64,000 nucleotides of DNA, taken from the NCBI RefSeq assembly GCF_030028105.1, contig NC_092391.1, forward strand, positions 30,105,223 through 30,169,222, written 5' to 3'. Under the pieces are notes generated by a model. That model was not told the DNA's origin and did no database searches. It saw nothing but the letters and a program-made list of their open reading frames with translations. The DNA is from Mobula birostris. Taxonomy: Eukaryota. Below are positions 61,281-64,000 of the stretch, piece after piece; positions within the stretch are counted from its first letter, which is position 1, and every line of letters starts with the position of its first letter. Both the position numbers and the translations under genes were made by a program.

Positions 61281-61871
61281 TTAGTTAGGAAAATAGAGTT
61301 AACAAATTTTCTCCAATTTATTCTGTTTGCTAAACTGCAAGTACCACAAAAGCAGTCAATGGTTATACTAATTATTTTTATGGTATTTTCCCCCAGTTCT
61401 CTTTATTTTATCCAGTTGGATAACTATATTTAAAAGCAATAATGGGACATCAAAATTAATAACATATTACATTATACTTTCCTGTGAGAGAAAAAAAAAT
61501 CAATAAACTGACACTTAAAAATGTTCCTCATGAAACAACTACAAGAAAATTCCTTTGCAAGGATTTAATCTTGAGCCTGGGATTATAGGGATTTCAATCT
61601 CCGTAAAAGAGTGAATCCCTGAGGCACATGCAGTGTGTTGTGGACTTCTCTGAGTTCACACAGCACTGCAAAATAAGTAGTGTCTCTTATCAGCCAGGTT
61701 CACATTGCTACCCTAGCTGACAACAATAATGTCCTGGCAAAGGTTGGGACATTCCTCATCTTGTTCCTATGGCTAAGTAGTGATAGGAATTGCACTGTTC
61801 ATCTTGTCCTGATAGATCTGCTGATGCCCAATCGATAATTCTTTCCTGAAACAACTATAAAGTAAAACTAT

Positions 61872-62480
61872 TAAAGGTTCGAAGGTTCATTATATTGCCC
61901 AAGAGTCTATGTATAATGCAACCCTGATATATGTCTACTCCAGATAACTATTAAATACAGAATGACCATGGTTTTTGATGAAAGAAAAGACATTAACTAC
62001 CCTCCAAAACTTGCAGTCCTCCAAAGCCCCCCTCACCCGCAGCAAATGACAGCCACAATAACATCAATGATCCCCTACTCTTAACAATCCTCATCCTCTT
62101 CACTAGTAAAGAACAGCAATGGTAGCAGCAAACTCCTAACCCCCCTCTTACACACAAAAGAATTAACAGATCACCAACCCGCCAATCATCTAAAAGAAAG
62201 AAAACGCCGGAAACCTGAAAGAAACCAATATAAAGTACAGCCGAATAATCACGTGAATCTCAGAATATGGGAAAAGTCTTTTCGTCTGTGTATGCGGCGA
62301 GCAGCTGCATGAACCCAGGCCTTCCATAAAGACTGACCGCCAACCCGGGTCTGACACCGTTGATCTGGCCGCTGAACACTCTGTTGAGAGCCATTGCTGA
62401 CTTGCCCCACATTCACCTCGATGCTTCAATCTTCCTCACCGCTTCGAGGTGGAGTCATTCATGACCCCACACCTCGTCTC
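61872..62480 (-). mobile_element. Non-autonomous Rex1/L2-tailed retroelement, degraded
   Basis: Tail aaggttcgaaggttcattt and a CpG-richer segment at 62200-62480; organisation like 40624..41308. Confidence 0.45.
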
Positions 62481-63204
62481 TGGTCTTTTCCACAAGACAG
62501 CTTGTGTTTTCAGACCTTTTTGGCCCTCCCTGTCTCTGATCTCCACAAGGCAGCTCTCCATTTCAAGTGACTAATGCAACTTAATCGTTACAACTTATAA
62601 TAAATAGTAATATGATTTTGTTATGACTCGGACTGATGCAGGAGCCATGTGATTGCCTGTTTTAGATACTGAGGTCGAGGTCAGTTGATCTCAGTCCATG
62701 ATCCCATGGCAATGTTTTTGGCAGTTACCAAGAGAAAGGGTATTCATAATCATTGTTAACTTGTAATCGGATCCGCATCTTTCATGGCCAGTTCCATATC
62801 AATTTAGAGATCCCTGTTCTCATCTGTAATCCTTCCAATAGTTTCTCATCTCTGAGTCTGAAACCCTACTTGAATGGTTCACATCCCTACCATGTCATTG
62901 ATACCAATGCATATCTCAGCCTGAAATTACCAGTTTGTACTTCACAAGCAGTACAATATGACCTCAGAAAGGACACAAATGCATTTCCCTGTGAGGAAAG
63001 TCAATTACATCCATGCAACACTGAAAAAGAAATATGTAACATGAGTCAATTGCCAGCCAAAAGTAAGCTTATGCAGATTGCTTTGTGTTCGGCTATTAAA
63101 AGGCTCTTAAGACCACTTCAAGAACAAAAAGGGTCAGGGAAGAAGGACTGGCCCAGCCAGCAATGTTCATACCCAGCAGGCATGAATGCAAAGGAAAACC
63201 ATTT

Positions 63205-63990
63205 TGGCTGAACCTGTTGAATATTGATGGTCTCAACACAATGGATGGCAGAGCACTGAGGTGTGAGGTACAACAGAGGGATGTGGGAATACAGATCCAT
63301 AATTTGTTGAAAGTTGCAGCATAGGGTCGTACATTCGCCTTCATAAGTCAGAGTACTAAGTATAGAAGCACATAGGGTAGCACATTGGCCTTCATAAGTC
63401 AGAGTACTAAGTATAGAAGTTGGGATGTTGCGTTAAATTTGTACAAGACATTTGTGAGGGCAAATTTGGAGTATTTTGTGCCTTTCTGGTCAGCTACCTA
63501 CAGGAAAGATATCCACAATCTTGAAAGAGTTTATAGAAAATCTGCATGAACGTTGTGGGGACTTGAGGACCGGAGTGAGGAAAGGTTGAATAGGTTAGGA
63601 CTTTATTCACTGGAACACAGAGAGGAGATCTTAAAGAGGTATTGACAATTATGAGCGTATTGATAGAGTGAATGCTTGCAGGCTTTTTCCCTCAGATTAA
63701 GTGAGACAAGAACTAAAGGTGAGAGGTTTAGGGTGAAAGGTTAAGGGGAATCCAAGGGTGTACTTTGTTACTCAGAGGGTTGTGCGACTGTGGAATGAGC
63801 TGTAGGCAGAAGTGATAGATCCAGATTCAAATATTGCACTAAAGAGATGTTTAGATAAGTTCATTGATGAGAGGGGGATGGGGCTATGAGGGTCTAGGTG
63901 CTGGTACTGTAGATGGGACTAAGCAGAAGACCAGGCTGGCACAGACAAGATAGACTGAAGGGCCTGTTTCTATACTATAGTGCTCTATGA
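63205..63990 (+). mobile_element. CR1 LINE 3' fragment with an internal ~51-bp tandem duplication
   Basis: CR1 C-terminal DNA and tail gctctatgac; duplicated unit catagggt.g.acatt.gccttcataagtcagagtactaagtatagaag at 63320-63368 and 63371-63419. Confidence 0.85.
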
Positions 63991-64000
63991 CTGGAACGTC

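Noticed and set aside
63320-63419. ~51-bp tandem duplication (also an 18-bp one at ~44901-44935)
   Set aside because: Local duplications within dead CR1 copies; no sign of function.

Overview
This is eukaryotic, vertebrate-type genomic DNA. Its repeat set (CR1, Rex1/Babar, V-SINE and DeuSINE-like SINEs, Penelope fragments, Tc1 derivatives) suggests a cartilaginous fish, probably a ray; this is an inference. The only host coding sequence I can support is the terminal exon of pappalysin-1 (PAPPA) on the + strand at 54044..54157 (VIPFPMSCELHGDCACRDPSAQEHGKLRRPRFYHGHH*), which the ORF track misses. Positions 1..54043 appear to be one TE-dense last intron, as I found no upstream PAPPA exon by eye. 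Positions 54158..~60680 are a TE-poor probable long 3' UTR. Nearly all listed ORFs are TE fragments or noise. I see no convincing new multi-gene system. The most interesting signals are RNA-structural or TE-structural: minimal hammerhead ribozyme motifs in two Penelope families, recurrent palindromic Penelope-terminus doublets (one a near-perfect 81-nt hairpin), a Tc1 derivative with three TIRs, 60-70 bp hAT micro-MITEs with 8-bp TSDs, a full-span Gypsy relic, and opposite strand biases of CR1 and Rex1/L1 insertions. TE family names come from recalled consensus features, not database searches. Boundaries of degraded repeats are approximate.
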